Shown here one piece after another: positions 24,429 through 36,072 of a DNA stretch of 64,000 nucleotides. The notes beneath the pieces are model-generated. The model saw only the letters and a list, made by a program, of their open reading frames with translations, had not been told where the DNA came from and ran no database searches. The translations under genes and the position numbers were made by a program. How positions within the stretch are numbered: the first letter of the stretch is position 1; each line of letters begins with the position of its first letter. This DNA comes from Lophium mytilinum (taxonomy: Eukaryota), in assembly GCA_010093605.1 (NCBI GenBank), contig MU004198.1, positions 1,428,726 to 1,492,725 on the forward strand, written 5' to 3'.

Positions 24429-27400
24429 CGAACGTGGGTATAGGGACGAGGGGGCTCGGGCCGTGGATGGGACTATGGTGTTGCCGGCCGAGCGCGCGTG
24501 GGCTTCAAAGAAGTGCTGGTTGGGATGGATTGTAGTTGTTCGCTTTCATTCCGTATGGTGTCGAGTGGTACGCAAGACAAAGCACCGGTGAGGTCCGGTG
24601 GAGGGGTGAGGTTGAGATGGGCCGCGAGGGCGAGGGGCTAGGAAAGATGAGGTGGTGTTGATGATGGGATGGGGGGGTGATGGTGGAGGGAGCGAGAGGT
24701 TTTGGTGGCCCTTTTACATAGGGGGAAAATCAGGTCGTGTCTGGCAGCGGGCTGACAACACGGCGGGGCGACCGTGGCTGGTGGCATTACACCGCTTTGG
24801 CTGTGGCGTGTTGCGTCTGTATTTCGGGCAGTGTGCAGATTCGCCGTTTATTCAAGTGCGCTCCAGCTGCTCCTCGTCGCGGCGCGAGCATTGCGCTCTT
24901 CAGACATGATTATCAACGTGGTGTTTTGCACTTTTGCACGTGTGTCTACATCTAGCATCTGCGCGCACACCCAGGCGTTCCTGCCGCGGGCAGCGTGGGC
25001 AGCGTGGGCAGCGAGCTCGGAAGCTGCAAGTGGGGAGCAGAAAGCTGGCACCTCTGGCACCTACCTGGCCTGCTGGGCACACGGCGGCTGTTTATCTTGT
25101 GCGAGGCTCGGCACCGCTTCGCTGTACTATGTAAGTTCCTCCAGCAAAAGAGCGGTATGTGAGTAGTTCATGCAGGCCCTCCAGGCTACTGCCCATTGCA
25201 GAGACGGCCCTCGACTTTGCAGCGCAGGCGGTGTGCTCGTCGACGTGGGACATTTTTGGCAAATTGTGCTGCTCTCGCCCCCGCTGTGCCGCCCGACGAG
25301 GGGCTCGCAGCGAGGGGCTCATAGCTCTCCTCCTACCCCTTAATATTCTTTGTTCTCCCCCCTCCGTCATTCCGCAGCCCACTACACAACGCCGGACCAC
25401 AGCAGGGACAGCAACCCAATTTCGCCCTGGGCTCGATCGCCGGCCTCCACCGACTGTTCCTGGCATCCGTCCAGTCTGCCGGAACGCTTCCCCGGACCCA
25501 CCCACGCTGTCCTAGCATCCAACAGCTGCATGCGCTGCCGGGAAGACGACCTCAAAAGACAAGGCGGTGACAAGGCGGTGACAAGGCCGTAGCGGAGCGG
25601 CCGGCTCTTTCCCAGCGCTTTTCCGCAGCATTTCTAAGGCCTCGTCGCCAGCAGCGCCGAGAGAGGGGCACTATTTGAGGCTTCTCGTCCGGCACAGCTT
25701 CGCTGGCAAGCCCCGCCCCCTCCGGCGACGGGGATCTCGGGAGCAGTACCTAGGGCTTCCAGCATCCTTCGCATGGGTCAAACGGCGGCATAAAGTCAAT
25801 ATCTTGTGCAGGCCTGCGCACCGAGGGGCCCTTCACCACTTTCTGGCCCTCTGTACGACGCGTTTGCAACCGCATCGTCTGCATCCGTCTCTGTCCCGTC
25901 GCGGCCGCCGTTCCACCACATGGGCAGATTGCCGCTATCATTGCATGCCTTTCTTCTTCTCCCTTACCCCCGCGCTAGAACGTTTCGCGGTGCTCTAGAA
26001 AGGAGGTCCGCCTCATTCTGTTTCAGATGATGTGCCCACCACACGACCGATGGGGACAGATCTCTGGATAAGCTTGAGTAATGTACATAGATATTAGCTT
26101 TTGCGCTGAGGCAATTGAGACACTCGCTGTTGCTTTCCTCCTGCCCTTCGCAGACATCCCACGCCGCACGCGATGCCCACGTTGCCGTCCCGTCGACCGC
26201 CTCCGCGACTTCAAGCCATCGCCGCGTGTCTGCTGGCTCAAGGCTGTTGTTCCGACCCAGGTCCTTGGAGATTGGCTTCCTCCGTTTGGCGCCACCGTCG
26301 CAAGCTGCTGTTGCCGCTTCCACGCGAAACTTTATGCAGGAATTGGCATCATGGGCCTGGCGCCCTGCCTGACTCTTAAGTCTTCTGGACGTCGGTCCGT
26401 TTCTTCACGTCGACTGTTCAGCTGCCTTGTTTCTACACTCTTGATGAATAGCCTGATGAATCGCGCCCTCTTGCTCCACGCGCACATTGCTGAACTGTCC
26501 CGAGGAATCGTGGTTGTTGAAGTCTCCAGCAGTCGACCTTCTCCTTACATCCTTTCCTATACTTACCGCGTCCGGCCTAGGGGTTGCTTGTCAGAGACGC
26601 GGACGAGCCGCCTCATTGGGCCTCATGAACGTTGTGGAGCACACACACCGACCGCCTTGCGGAGGAGGTGTGCTGATACAGAGTTGCTGGCACCCTCTGT
26701 CTCGAGTCATTCCGTGCGGCCCTCCTGGCTCACGGACTTTGGCACTGCTGCCTCACGGTTGCTTGTGGAGGTGTATTGTGAAGGGGAAAGTGAAATGGAG
26801 CAGAAAGTCGGCAGTATCGCAGGTATGAATGTACTATGCATCCACGTGAACTGGTGCTGGGACTCGGCAAACCACCTGCGCGCGTCTGCAGGTGACAAAC
26901 AAGTATTTCTTTGAGCAAAGGACAATGAATCGTCCAGGCCGCACATCCGCATGCTGCGGGGAGGCTCACGAACCGTAGCCGTGCTCTGCAGGTGAACGCC
27001 ATCAACAAGTGGACTGACTGCTGCAATGCGCACCTGAAAGAGTGCACAACAGCCCCAGGCCCCCATCAATGCGGTCCCCGGCGAGTGAAGGAACTGATAC
27101 ACTGCCTGTCCTCGCGCTCTACCCACCCAAGTCACGTGCATCCCCAAAACGCCAATAACAACACCTGGGCTGGGCAGCGTTCGGCGCCAATCTCCTCCGC
27201 CACTCACATCCTCCCCTCCCCATAGACATCGTCGAAGGTGTGCCCTCTGAGCCCTCATTTGGTATCGTCGACTCTATAGGCGCGCATTGCAACGCCACAT
27301 CCTATGCCGAAGTCCTAATAATCGCCCTCGAGCGCCTAGTGGGCGTCCACCACCCAGCTCAGCAACGTCTCGTCCCAACTCGTCCCAGCCTGGGCCAGAT

Positions 27401-27571
27401 TACGCACAAGCCGGATCGCAGGAGTTGTCGCGTTGTTTCGACAGTAGCCCCGCTACTTCACCACCGCATTTCTCTGCATCTAACCCCCGCTCTTAGGATC
27501 GCTAGGAAGCGGAGTCAAAGAAGCCCCCTTCGGCCTCGACACCAGCTCCCCAGTGGGGCCTCTACGCAGCG

Positions 27572-30500
27572 ATGAACGGCTTCAACGGCACTGTTGCTCC
27601 TCCTGGTGGTATGTACGTGCGAGCCTTGTACGATTACGATGCCGACGACCGCACAAGCTTGAGCTTTCGGCAAGGCGACATTATCCAGGTCATAACACAG
27701 CTGGAGAGTGGGTGGTGGGATGGAGTCATAAACGGTGTCCGAGGCTGGTTTCCCAGCAACTACTGCGCCGTAGTGCCGCGTCCGACAGACGATGGGGAAG
27801 AAGACCGGAATGGAGGGGATCTGGAGGAGGACCCTGAAACCACCTCTCTAGGTGGCACCGACTATACCAACTCAGACTCGGAGTCGATTAACGGGAACGA
27901 CACCTCTACATTGCCGATCGAGGGTACCGAAAACAAAGAACAGGAGGAAGCTGCCTTTTGGATCCCACAAGCTACTCCCGATGGAAGGCTATTCTACTTC
28001 AACACCCTGACCGGTGTGAGCACAATGGAACTCCCACTCGAAACCCCAGCTTCTCTCAACGAGAATGGTCCAATCGACCGTACAAATGTCTACATTCCTG
28101 AGCAAACTCGCGCCCCGCCAGAACTCATGGCTGGAGGGTACCAAGTGGAGGATACTGACGATGAAAACGCGTCGGACTTCGAAGGCAATGGCATGGTTAA
28201 CTCGCGCGGCTCTTTAGTAAGTACTTCACAGATCTGACTCAACGAAACCAGCTAATAGGACCTCTATCAGCCTCGACGTAGGCGATCTTTCCATTCGAAC
28301 GGTGTCTCACCGGCAACCTCTATAGAATCCATGAATGCTACTTCACCCACCTCTCGATCGAATATCACAAATGGAACTAGCTTTGCCGCCATGGAATCAT
28401 CCATATTACCCATTGGAACGACTGCGACTTCATTCGCGAACAACCCTCTCGGGCCTCCCATGCCAGCTGCTATGTCTCGCAAATTCTTCGATGATGCGAA
28501 TCCGATCCCCCTTACGTGGAATAGGATGGTGGATGACATGCGACGAGCGGTCGAGCGTTACCGCCAGGCAATCAGCAACAGTGATCGCTCCGAGTTTGTC
28601 AAACGCGCCGAGGATATCTCAGATCACCTCCGTCTGCTCCTCGCTGCTGGATCTGGTACGACAGATAATCACTCGGGCAATCCATCGATCATCTCAACCA
28701 ACAAGGCCCTTTATCCCCACTTCCGCGAAACTATGTCAAGGTTTTCCAAGCTCGTACTTTCATCCCACATTGCTGCCGCAGATTGGCCTCCTCCAGATTC
28801 CTACTCCAAATGCTTGAAAGAAGCCGATGGAGTTTTGAACGGTGTATATGGGTTCGTCGAGGTCGCGAGACAGCAGCGGGGCGAAGATATCCCGAGACTC
28901 ATTCCTGGCTTTGTCGTTGGTAGCAATTCCGGAGGAAACTGGCAAAACAACGGACTGGATGACCGGGATCCAGGATCCTCAATGTCTTTCATCGATCATG
29001 AGGACTACGAGCCTTTCATTGAGCCTACCGTCAAGCTAGATTCGAAACTTCTGGAGAGACTGGAGGACTTGAAGAAAATGATTGTTTCGAGTATCCGCCG
29101 ATTGGACGAGCAATTGGTCGTGCGCGAAAAGATCATCACGCCTTACAGGCATCAAGCCATCGGCGACAACGTCTGCTCATCAGGAAGCAAGGTCCTCGAT
29201 GTTTTCCGGCCCTGGATCTCCACGGTAGAATCCATCAATCTTTCCGCTCTAGGTTCTACGCTGCAAGGCCAGCAACTTGGCGAGTTCAGCATCCAGAAAC
29301 AAAAGATCTATGATTTGGTTTCAGAGCTAGTCGTGGTCTGTCAGGGCGTTGCAGCTCCTCTAGCTGATGAATGGGCCGAAACTCGCGGAGACTCTCTCGA
29401 GGATCGGATAATCGCCGTCCGCTCGGTCACTAGAGATCTCGAGGGCAGTACCAACCAGATGTATAGCATCCTGCAACAGCTTTCAGAGGCGGTTCCCCTT
29501 GCCGAGATGTCTACTCGCAGCAGTGATCCTCGCAGAGCGACAGATGGCGATGTGCAAGCTTTCCACAACCGGGGGCTATCTGCAGTCAGCAGGCCTATCT
29601 TGAAAGATATGATACAGCCTCATTCATATAGCGAGGGTACTGCTCTTGAAGACACCAAGAATGAAGGCCTCATGAACAACAAGAGTAGGAAAGTTCAGCA
29701 ATTCTTTGGAGAAGTTCCCGCTCCGAACCTCGCACCGAATAATGTAGAGGAGACGCCAGAATTCCTCAAACTGGATCATGAGGGCGAGATTTCATATGAC
29801 CACAAGGTCACTCCTCCTCAACTTAGAGGAGGCACCCTAACTGGTCTGGTGGAACAGCTCACGCGTCATGATCGACTGGATCCGGCCTTCAACAATACCT
29901 TCCTACTCACCTACCGGTCATTCACCACAGCTGGGGAGCTTTTCGAGATGCTAGTGAAGAGATGGAGCATCCAACCTCCTTACGGGTTAGCAAAAGAAGA
30001 CTACCAGACCTGGGTGGACAAGAAGCAGAAGCCTATCAGATTCCGAGTCGTCAACATTCTCAAGAGCTGGTTTGATAACTACTGGATGGAAGGCAATGAT
30101 GATGACGCTAGGGTCTTGATTGGTAGGGTATACAATTTTGCAAAAGACCATGTCGCGACAACCAGCACACCCGGTGCTGCTCCGCTCATGACCTCTGTAG
30201 AACAGCGGTCCCGAGGACCGGATATGCCGACAAAGCGCCTGGTATTGACGCTCAACACGCAAACACCCCAACCAATCTTACCAAAGCATATGAAGAAGCT
30301 CAAGTTCTTGGACATCGATGCCACCGAGTTTGCACGACAACTTACCATAATCGAATCCAGGCTATACGGAAAAGTCAGGCCTACTGAGTGCTTGAAAAAG
30401 ACCTGGCAGAAGAAATTGGCTCCTGGCGAGCCAGACCCAGCCTCGAATGTGAAGGCACTGATTTTACACTCTAACCAACTGACAAATTGGGTTGCTCAGA

Positions 30501-31282
30501 TGATCCTTACACAACAAGATGTCAAACGCAGAGTCATTGTCATCAAGCATTTCGTCAATGTTGCAGATGTAAGTTCGCAATCATGTACTGGGGCGCAAAT
30601 CTGACAAACGTAGAAATGCCGAACTCTCAACAACTTCTCGACCCTCACATCCATCATTTCAGCATTTGGCACAGCGCCAATTCATCGACTGAATAGGACC
30701 TGGCAAGCCGTGAACGCGCGTTCAATGACTACCTTGGAAAGCATGCGCAAGTTAATGGGAACCCCCAAGAATTTTGCCGAGTATCGAGACACTCTACACA
30801 AGGCGAACCCGCCTTGCATCCCGTTCTTTGGTATACATACTTTTCGGTTTATTGGTAGTGAGCGACTCTGATGTTTCTAGGTGTATATCTTACCGATCTT
30901 ACGTTCATCGAAGACGGCATTCCTTCTCTTATCAAGAAGACGAACCTCATCAACTTCGCTAAGCGGGCGAGGACTGCCGAGGTCATCCGCGACATCCAGC
31001 AGTATCAGAACGTGCCCTATCCTCTCCAGCCTGTACCCGAACTGCAAGATTACATCTTGACGAATATGCAAACGGCCAACGACGTACACGAGATGTACGA
31101 CACCAGCTTGCAGGTTGAGCCTCGCGAGCGCGAGGATGAGAAGATAGCAAGGTACGGCGACTTTGTGGCTTCAATCCGGCCACATCGCTCCTCAATCTTC
31201 GATTGATCGTTTGAGTTGGCCGGACGTTGCTAACTATTGATTGTTTCGCTTCAGGCTTCTATCCGAGTCCGGATTCCTATGA
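27572..31282 (+). CDS. CDC25: Ras guanine-nucleotide exchange factor Cdc25 (SH3, WW-like, REM, CDC25 domains)
   Basis: SH3 VRALYDY..GWWDG..GWFPSNY; FLLTYRSF; FARQLTIIE; PCIPFF|GVYLTDLTFIEDG; INFAKR. Introns 28217-28270, 30569-30612, 30831-30880, 31152-31254; ends LLSESGFL*. An additional 5' exon is possible. Confidence 0.95.
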
Positions 31283-31674
31283 TGATACCCTACGACGCAT
31301 CTACCTCATGCAATACGATCGTGCTGGCGTTAGCTCTCTCGGGCTTGTGGGGGGTTTCAGATATGAGCGACATGGCGCATTTGTTCAAGGGGCTTCATGG
31401 CTGGAATTATGCGGAGGGCGTGAGCGGTGTTACTTACGTGGCGTAGCGTATGCTCGATTTCTGTAAGCCCCCATTTACTGTCTGGCGGTAACACCGGGTT
31501 TATCTTAATGTCAAAATGCTCATTCGAGCTTCCTTCCTTCTTGACTCTGTTCACCAACATCCTCGAGGAACTCGTGATAATGACAATCGGCAAATTTTGC
31601 TGTGGCTTTTCGCGCTTGTGGGCAGTACTAGGCCATAAGTCTAGGCACACGAATTAAATACCGTTCAGCTCTAC

Positions 31675-32662
31675 TTTGCTCACTTGACACCACTGAGAGG
31701 AGTAGCCCAGCTAGCTAATAGGCGGTGAGTCACATAGCAGTCTGATTTGCACTGCCTGGAACGTGACATCACGGCTACAGGTTTATAACCTTGTGGGGAG
31801 CCCCAAGCAGTGGCGAAGCAGTGTGCATTGGAACGATGCAGGTGCACGCCGCTGTGTTCCTGTTTGTGTAACAGCCAATGCTACTTGGTAATATTACAGT
31901 CCTACAGAACAAAAGGCTTTATACCCCTGCAAAAGTTATTCTAGTTAACGGAATATCCCTCATCTGCTTCCAGTGTACCCACTATTTCTGTGTATGGATA
32001 CGCCTGTATGGCACCGTCTGAGGTCCTCCAGTGTCCATTTACTGTTTGAAAAATGGCAAAGTTAGCGAGCCTGTAAGCTCTCCGAGCCACCTCAGACGGT
32101 GGAGAACCGCTCGAGTGTGTACCGTAATCTACCCTTGCAGCCACCTGCACGCTAACCACAGGATGCTAGAAGAGGCTGTAGGTCACAAGTGGGCACGGGC
32201 TCGCTCCAACTTGCAACCTCCGCTCTACACGTTGCAGTCCTTGCTATCGCGTTCTGACCTCGATCGACCCCAGGGAGGGCCCCCGACGGCGGCAAGATGC
32301 TGCAAACATAGGGCTATCTCGCAGGGTCCAATTTACGGGTTGCTGTCTTTTACGGCGCCGTCCGATAATTTCTGGCCGCTTAGAGGACTCCAAACGGCGT
32401 CAGGCATGAGGGAAACCGACATCGCTGCTGGATTTTCTCGACGCCTTGGAGGGCTCCAGACGGCGTCACCCGCCTAGCAAAACATACACAAACATTGTCT
32501 AATTCGCGATATCCCCGAGATTTGCCTACTCAACACCACTGTTGGGGGTAGCCTGGTTGCTGAGCAAGCAATCAATCAAGAAGCAGTCTAATCTGCACTG
32601 CTTGAAGCTTGACATCGCCCTTGAGTCTTCGAAACCCTGTAAGGGTACTCCAAGCAGTGGCG
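31675..32662. repeat. Left cluster of GCCRCCGTCTGRAG-family repeats, bounded by ~140-bp degenerate direct repeats
   Basis: 31675-31815 is similar to 32521-32662 (both end CCAAGCAGTGGCG). Perfect 13-bp inverted pair 32012-32024/32089-32101; reverse-strand motif copies at 32275, 32383 and 32449. Confidence 0.75.
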
Positions 32663-32773
32663 CCCCAGTCCAGTCACTGCTTCTCAATGAGGCCAACGCC
32701 CAACCTGCAACATTAAGAGTGGCAACGGCCTTCGCTTCATCATCTAAACAACCCCCCAGCTAGCATCCCAATC

Positions 32774-33930
32774 ATGTGGTCATTCACGAAGGCCTTTGGC
32801 ATCTGGCCGTGCCTCTTCATTTCCACGGTGTCAGCCTTCTGCGAGTGCGGCTACTCCGTTGATCCCCCAACCTCCTTCGTCCTCTTCACCGATCTCTTCG
32901 AGAATGACTTCCTCCATTCCCCAAATCTGACGGGTTCGGGCTGGATTCCGCAACAATACAATGTCGAACAATCGGACTCACGCGGCCCATACGGCAAGCA
33001 ATTCACTACGTCGAACGTCGTCTCAAACCCTCTCAAAGATCCATACTCCTGGGCTGGTGACAGCGTCCTTGGTGGGGACGCTGGTCTGCAGCTATGGGCA
33101 CGCAAGGACAACGATGGAATGATTCCAGCCGCGGAGATCGCCACTGAGCGAACCGATTTCCTATACGGCAGTTTCCGTGTAGGCATGAAGATGTCGAAGG
33201 TCAATGGTACCTGCGGAGCTTTTTTCTGGGTATATGCCCCTCATACCTCCTCACCCAAATCCCCATTCCCAATCCCATCCCTACCTCGTCACCCTAACGC
33301 AACCTCCAAAACTCACTCTCTCTCTCTAACCCGCCCCCCTAGTTCCACAACGACTCCCAAGAAATCGACATGGAATTCCTCTCCAAGCAATTCCACCCCC
33401 CTTCCGGCCCGAACACCGGCGCCGTCAACCTCGTCCTCCAAACCCCCGCCTCTCTGCAAGCCGGCTACGACGCCTCCGGCACCCCCGACTTTTCCACCCC
33501 CTCCCTCCCCTTCCCCCCAGACGCTGCGTACCACGATTACCGCTTTGACTGGTCCCCCGACGGCGTCGCCTTCTACGCTGACGGCGCCTTCCTGCACGTG
33601 ATGAACGTATCTACGCCCACGTCCCCTGGCCATTTGGTGCTGAATCACTGGAGTAACGGCGACCCAGCGTGGTCGGGCGGCCCCCCGGAGCAGGACACAG
33701 CCGTTACTGTTTCGTACATTAAAGCTTATTTCAACTCAAGCGACCCGGCGATGCAGGCGGCGTATAGGAAGCGGTGCCCGACGTATGATGCTAAGAGGGT
33801 TTGTGAGATGCTTGGGGGCGTAGGAAATGCGACTAATGGGACTGTGGCGCACGGGGAGGGGGCGCGGGCGTGTGTGAAGGGGTGGTTTGTGGTGGTTTTG
33901 GCGGTTTTGGCGGTTTATTGCATTTCTTAG
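32774..33930 (+). CDS. Secreted, possibly GPI-anchored glycoside hydrolase family 16
   Basis: Signal peptide, CECGY, LYGSFRVGMK..GTCGAFFW|FHNDSQEIDMEFL (ExDxE catalytic motif), YRFDW, NHWSNGDPAWSGGPP, hydrophobic C-terminus. Intron 33230-33342. Confidence 0.92.
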
Positions 33931-34010
33931 GCCGTATACCTTTGTATGGTTATTATCCGAAGCATATCATGGCTATTGTATATAGTTAATTGACTGCATT
34001 CTGCGAGGCT

Positions 34011-35063
34011 GCCACTGTCAGGGGTACCCCCATACGAGGTCAAAATTGTGAACGCATCAATTTTGAACAGTCAGTAACCTCGTTGGGCCACCTCAGACAG
34101 TGGCAAGGAAGGGTCCACAGCTCAGAATCTCGTGGTTTGTCAGGTTGAATTTGTTCATGTTCTGAAATGCCACTGTGTGGTGAACCCAATGCACCTAGGA
34201 TGCCACCGTTTGAAGCACCTCAACCCTTACAAAATCAGCAATGCAAGTGTTTTCCATAACCTCAAGACTCGTTGTGCCACCTTAAACGGTGCTCTTCACA
34301 CTGCAACAAGCGATTCGGTTCCAACTCTCGATTAAGTATTATGTTAGGCTGAATATCTTCACCTTCCAAATCACCTCCATGTTGTAAACCCAAGGATACC
34401 GGGTTGCCGCCGTCTGAAGCGCCTCATTACTTTTATAAAATCAACGATGAGAGTAAATTGAACTATCCAAAAGCTAGCTGGGCCACCTTAGACAGTGGCA
34501 AAGAAGGGTCCATAGACTCGTAATGCGTGGGTCTCACCCCAGATACTACACTTCCCTGAACCGGAATCTTGCACGAACATCGTGCCGGTCGTAACTTGGC
34601 TGCACCGTCTGAAGGCCCTCAAGCAGGTAAGAAAAACAAAGCGCGATGTCAGAGATTACAGCATGTAAATCAGATGCTACGAACACCCCAAGCCTTTTCC
34701 AACGCCCCGCCGCCGTCTGAAGACCCTTAAGCAGGCAGGAATAACTAAGAGAGATGTCATAGATTACAGCATGTAAACTAGATGCTGCGAAACCCTAAGC
34801 CTTTTCCAACGCCCCGCCACCGTCTAAAGTCCTCTGACAGGTTGAGAAAATCTAGATAGTAATGTCATAAACCACAACGCGCGAATTAGACGCTTGCTAC
34901 TTCTTAAACTTTAGTTTGTATAGATCTTAGGGATGTTGTATATTAGACTATATTTATGTGCGTTCTTTCTTATGCTTGACGCCGTCTGCAGTCCTCCAAG
35001 ATATCGAGAAAATCTGGCTGCGATGTTGTTTTCCCTCATGTCTGACGCCGTCTGGAGTTCCTC
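34011..35063. repeat. Right array of GCCRCCGTCTGRAG-family repeats (~197-bp then 107-bp period)
   Basis: Forward motif at 34011, 34202, 34406, 34602, 34709, 34816, 34978, 35044; inverted partners at ~34085, 34276, 34480. 34085-34120 and 34480-34515 match at 33/36. Confidence 0.85.
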
Positions 35064-35217
35064 CTGAGATAAATGCAAGTTTGGAAAAATCGATACGAGA
35101 TGCCTCTAATTAAATAAGTCCCAAGTCCACAAAACGCCCCAGCCCTATCCCCTTCTGAAATCTAACATCTAATACTAATACACTCCCCAAACCCCCCTCT
35201 CTAATCTAAACGCAAAA

Positions 35218-36072
35218 TCAATACAACCCCAAAACATCCACAAACCCACACCTCCGACACCTTACCTCCCCACACTGGGTGGGCAGTGTGCCTCCCACCA
35301 ACCCCGGCACCCCCTTTACCTCCTTACTCATCATCAACCCCTCCACCACCCTCTTAAACCCCTCCCCTTCCTCCCCAACCCCCCTGATCACGACTTTCTT
35401 CACCCCCCTCACCAGCCCAAACAGCGCCAGCGCCGGCTCCACCGGACAATCGCCCCAGCTGCTCTGCCGCACCTCGATCTCTAAACTCTCGCAGCCGCTA
35501 AAGGCCGCGCGCGCCTGCTCCGCCGAGAAGCGCGGGTCGATGTCGATGCGCAGCGTGAGCTTCCAGCGGCGGATGTAAGCAGCTGCGGGGGCGGAGAGGA
35601 TGGGCGGGTAGGCGGGGGCGGGCATAGTCGCGGAGAGCGGGGGGCGGGCGAGGGAGGGGAGGGAGGTGAGTAACGAGGGGTGGGCGGTGAAAGTGTGGGC
35701 GTAGAGGAGCGGGGTAGCTTCGGTGAAGGTCTGGCGGCAGGTGGAGAGGATCGCGGGGTGCAGCGAGGAGGGGTTGCCGAGGAGCAGGCCGTAGATTTCG
35801 TTGCGGAGTTCGCCGGGGAGGGAGAGGAGGCGCGATTGCGGTTGGTACTGGAAGAGAGGCGGGTTGGGAGGGGTGGCTTTGGGATCTAGAAGGGCGTCCG
35901 CGTTGGGTGCGGGTACGGCGAGGCGTTGGGCATTAGGTTGAGGATTCCGGTGGGCGGGGGGTGCGAGCCCAGGTAGCACCGGTTCTGGAGGCTGAGATTG
36001 GACGAGGGGATGGTGAGGTGGAGGCGGGGGTGCTTGGACTTGGGGGTGGAGGAGTGCGGCGTAGGAGTCCAT
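35218..36072 (-). CDS. F-box-like domain hypothetical protein
   Basis: SRLLSLPGELRNEIYGLLL followed by PAILSTCRQTFTEATPLLY, a pattern typical of fungal F-box-like proteins. Confidence 0.75.
   Translation of the reverse strand: MDSYAALLHPQVQAPPPPPHHPLVQSQPPEPVLPGLAPPAHRNPQPNAQRLAVPAPNADALLDPKATPPNPPLFQYQPQSRLLSLPGELRNEIYGLLLGNPSSLHPAILSTCRQTFTEATPLLYAHTFTAHPSLLTSLPSLARPPLSATMPAPAYPPILSAPAAAYIRRWKLTLRIDIDPRFSAEQARAAFSGCESLEIEVRQSSWGDCPVEPALALFGLVRGVKKVVIRGVGEEGEGFKRVVEGLMMSKEVKGVPGLVGGTLPTQCGEVRCRRCGFVDVLGLY

Noticed and set aside
24430..27570. Many overlapping ORFs including a 277-aa one (26081-26914)
   Set aside because: Arg/Cys/Ser-rich with no recognisable domains; consistent with GC-rich divergent promoter and 5' UTR DNA between the TF and CDC25.
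34011..35063. CRISPR array or integron-like cassette array
   Set aside because: Eukaryotic context, degenerate repeats, long and partly homologous spacers, and no cas or integrase gene.
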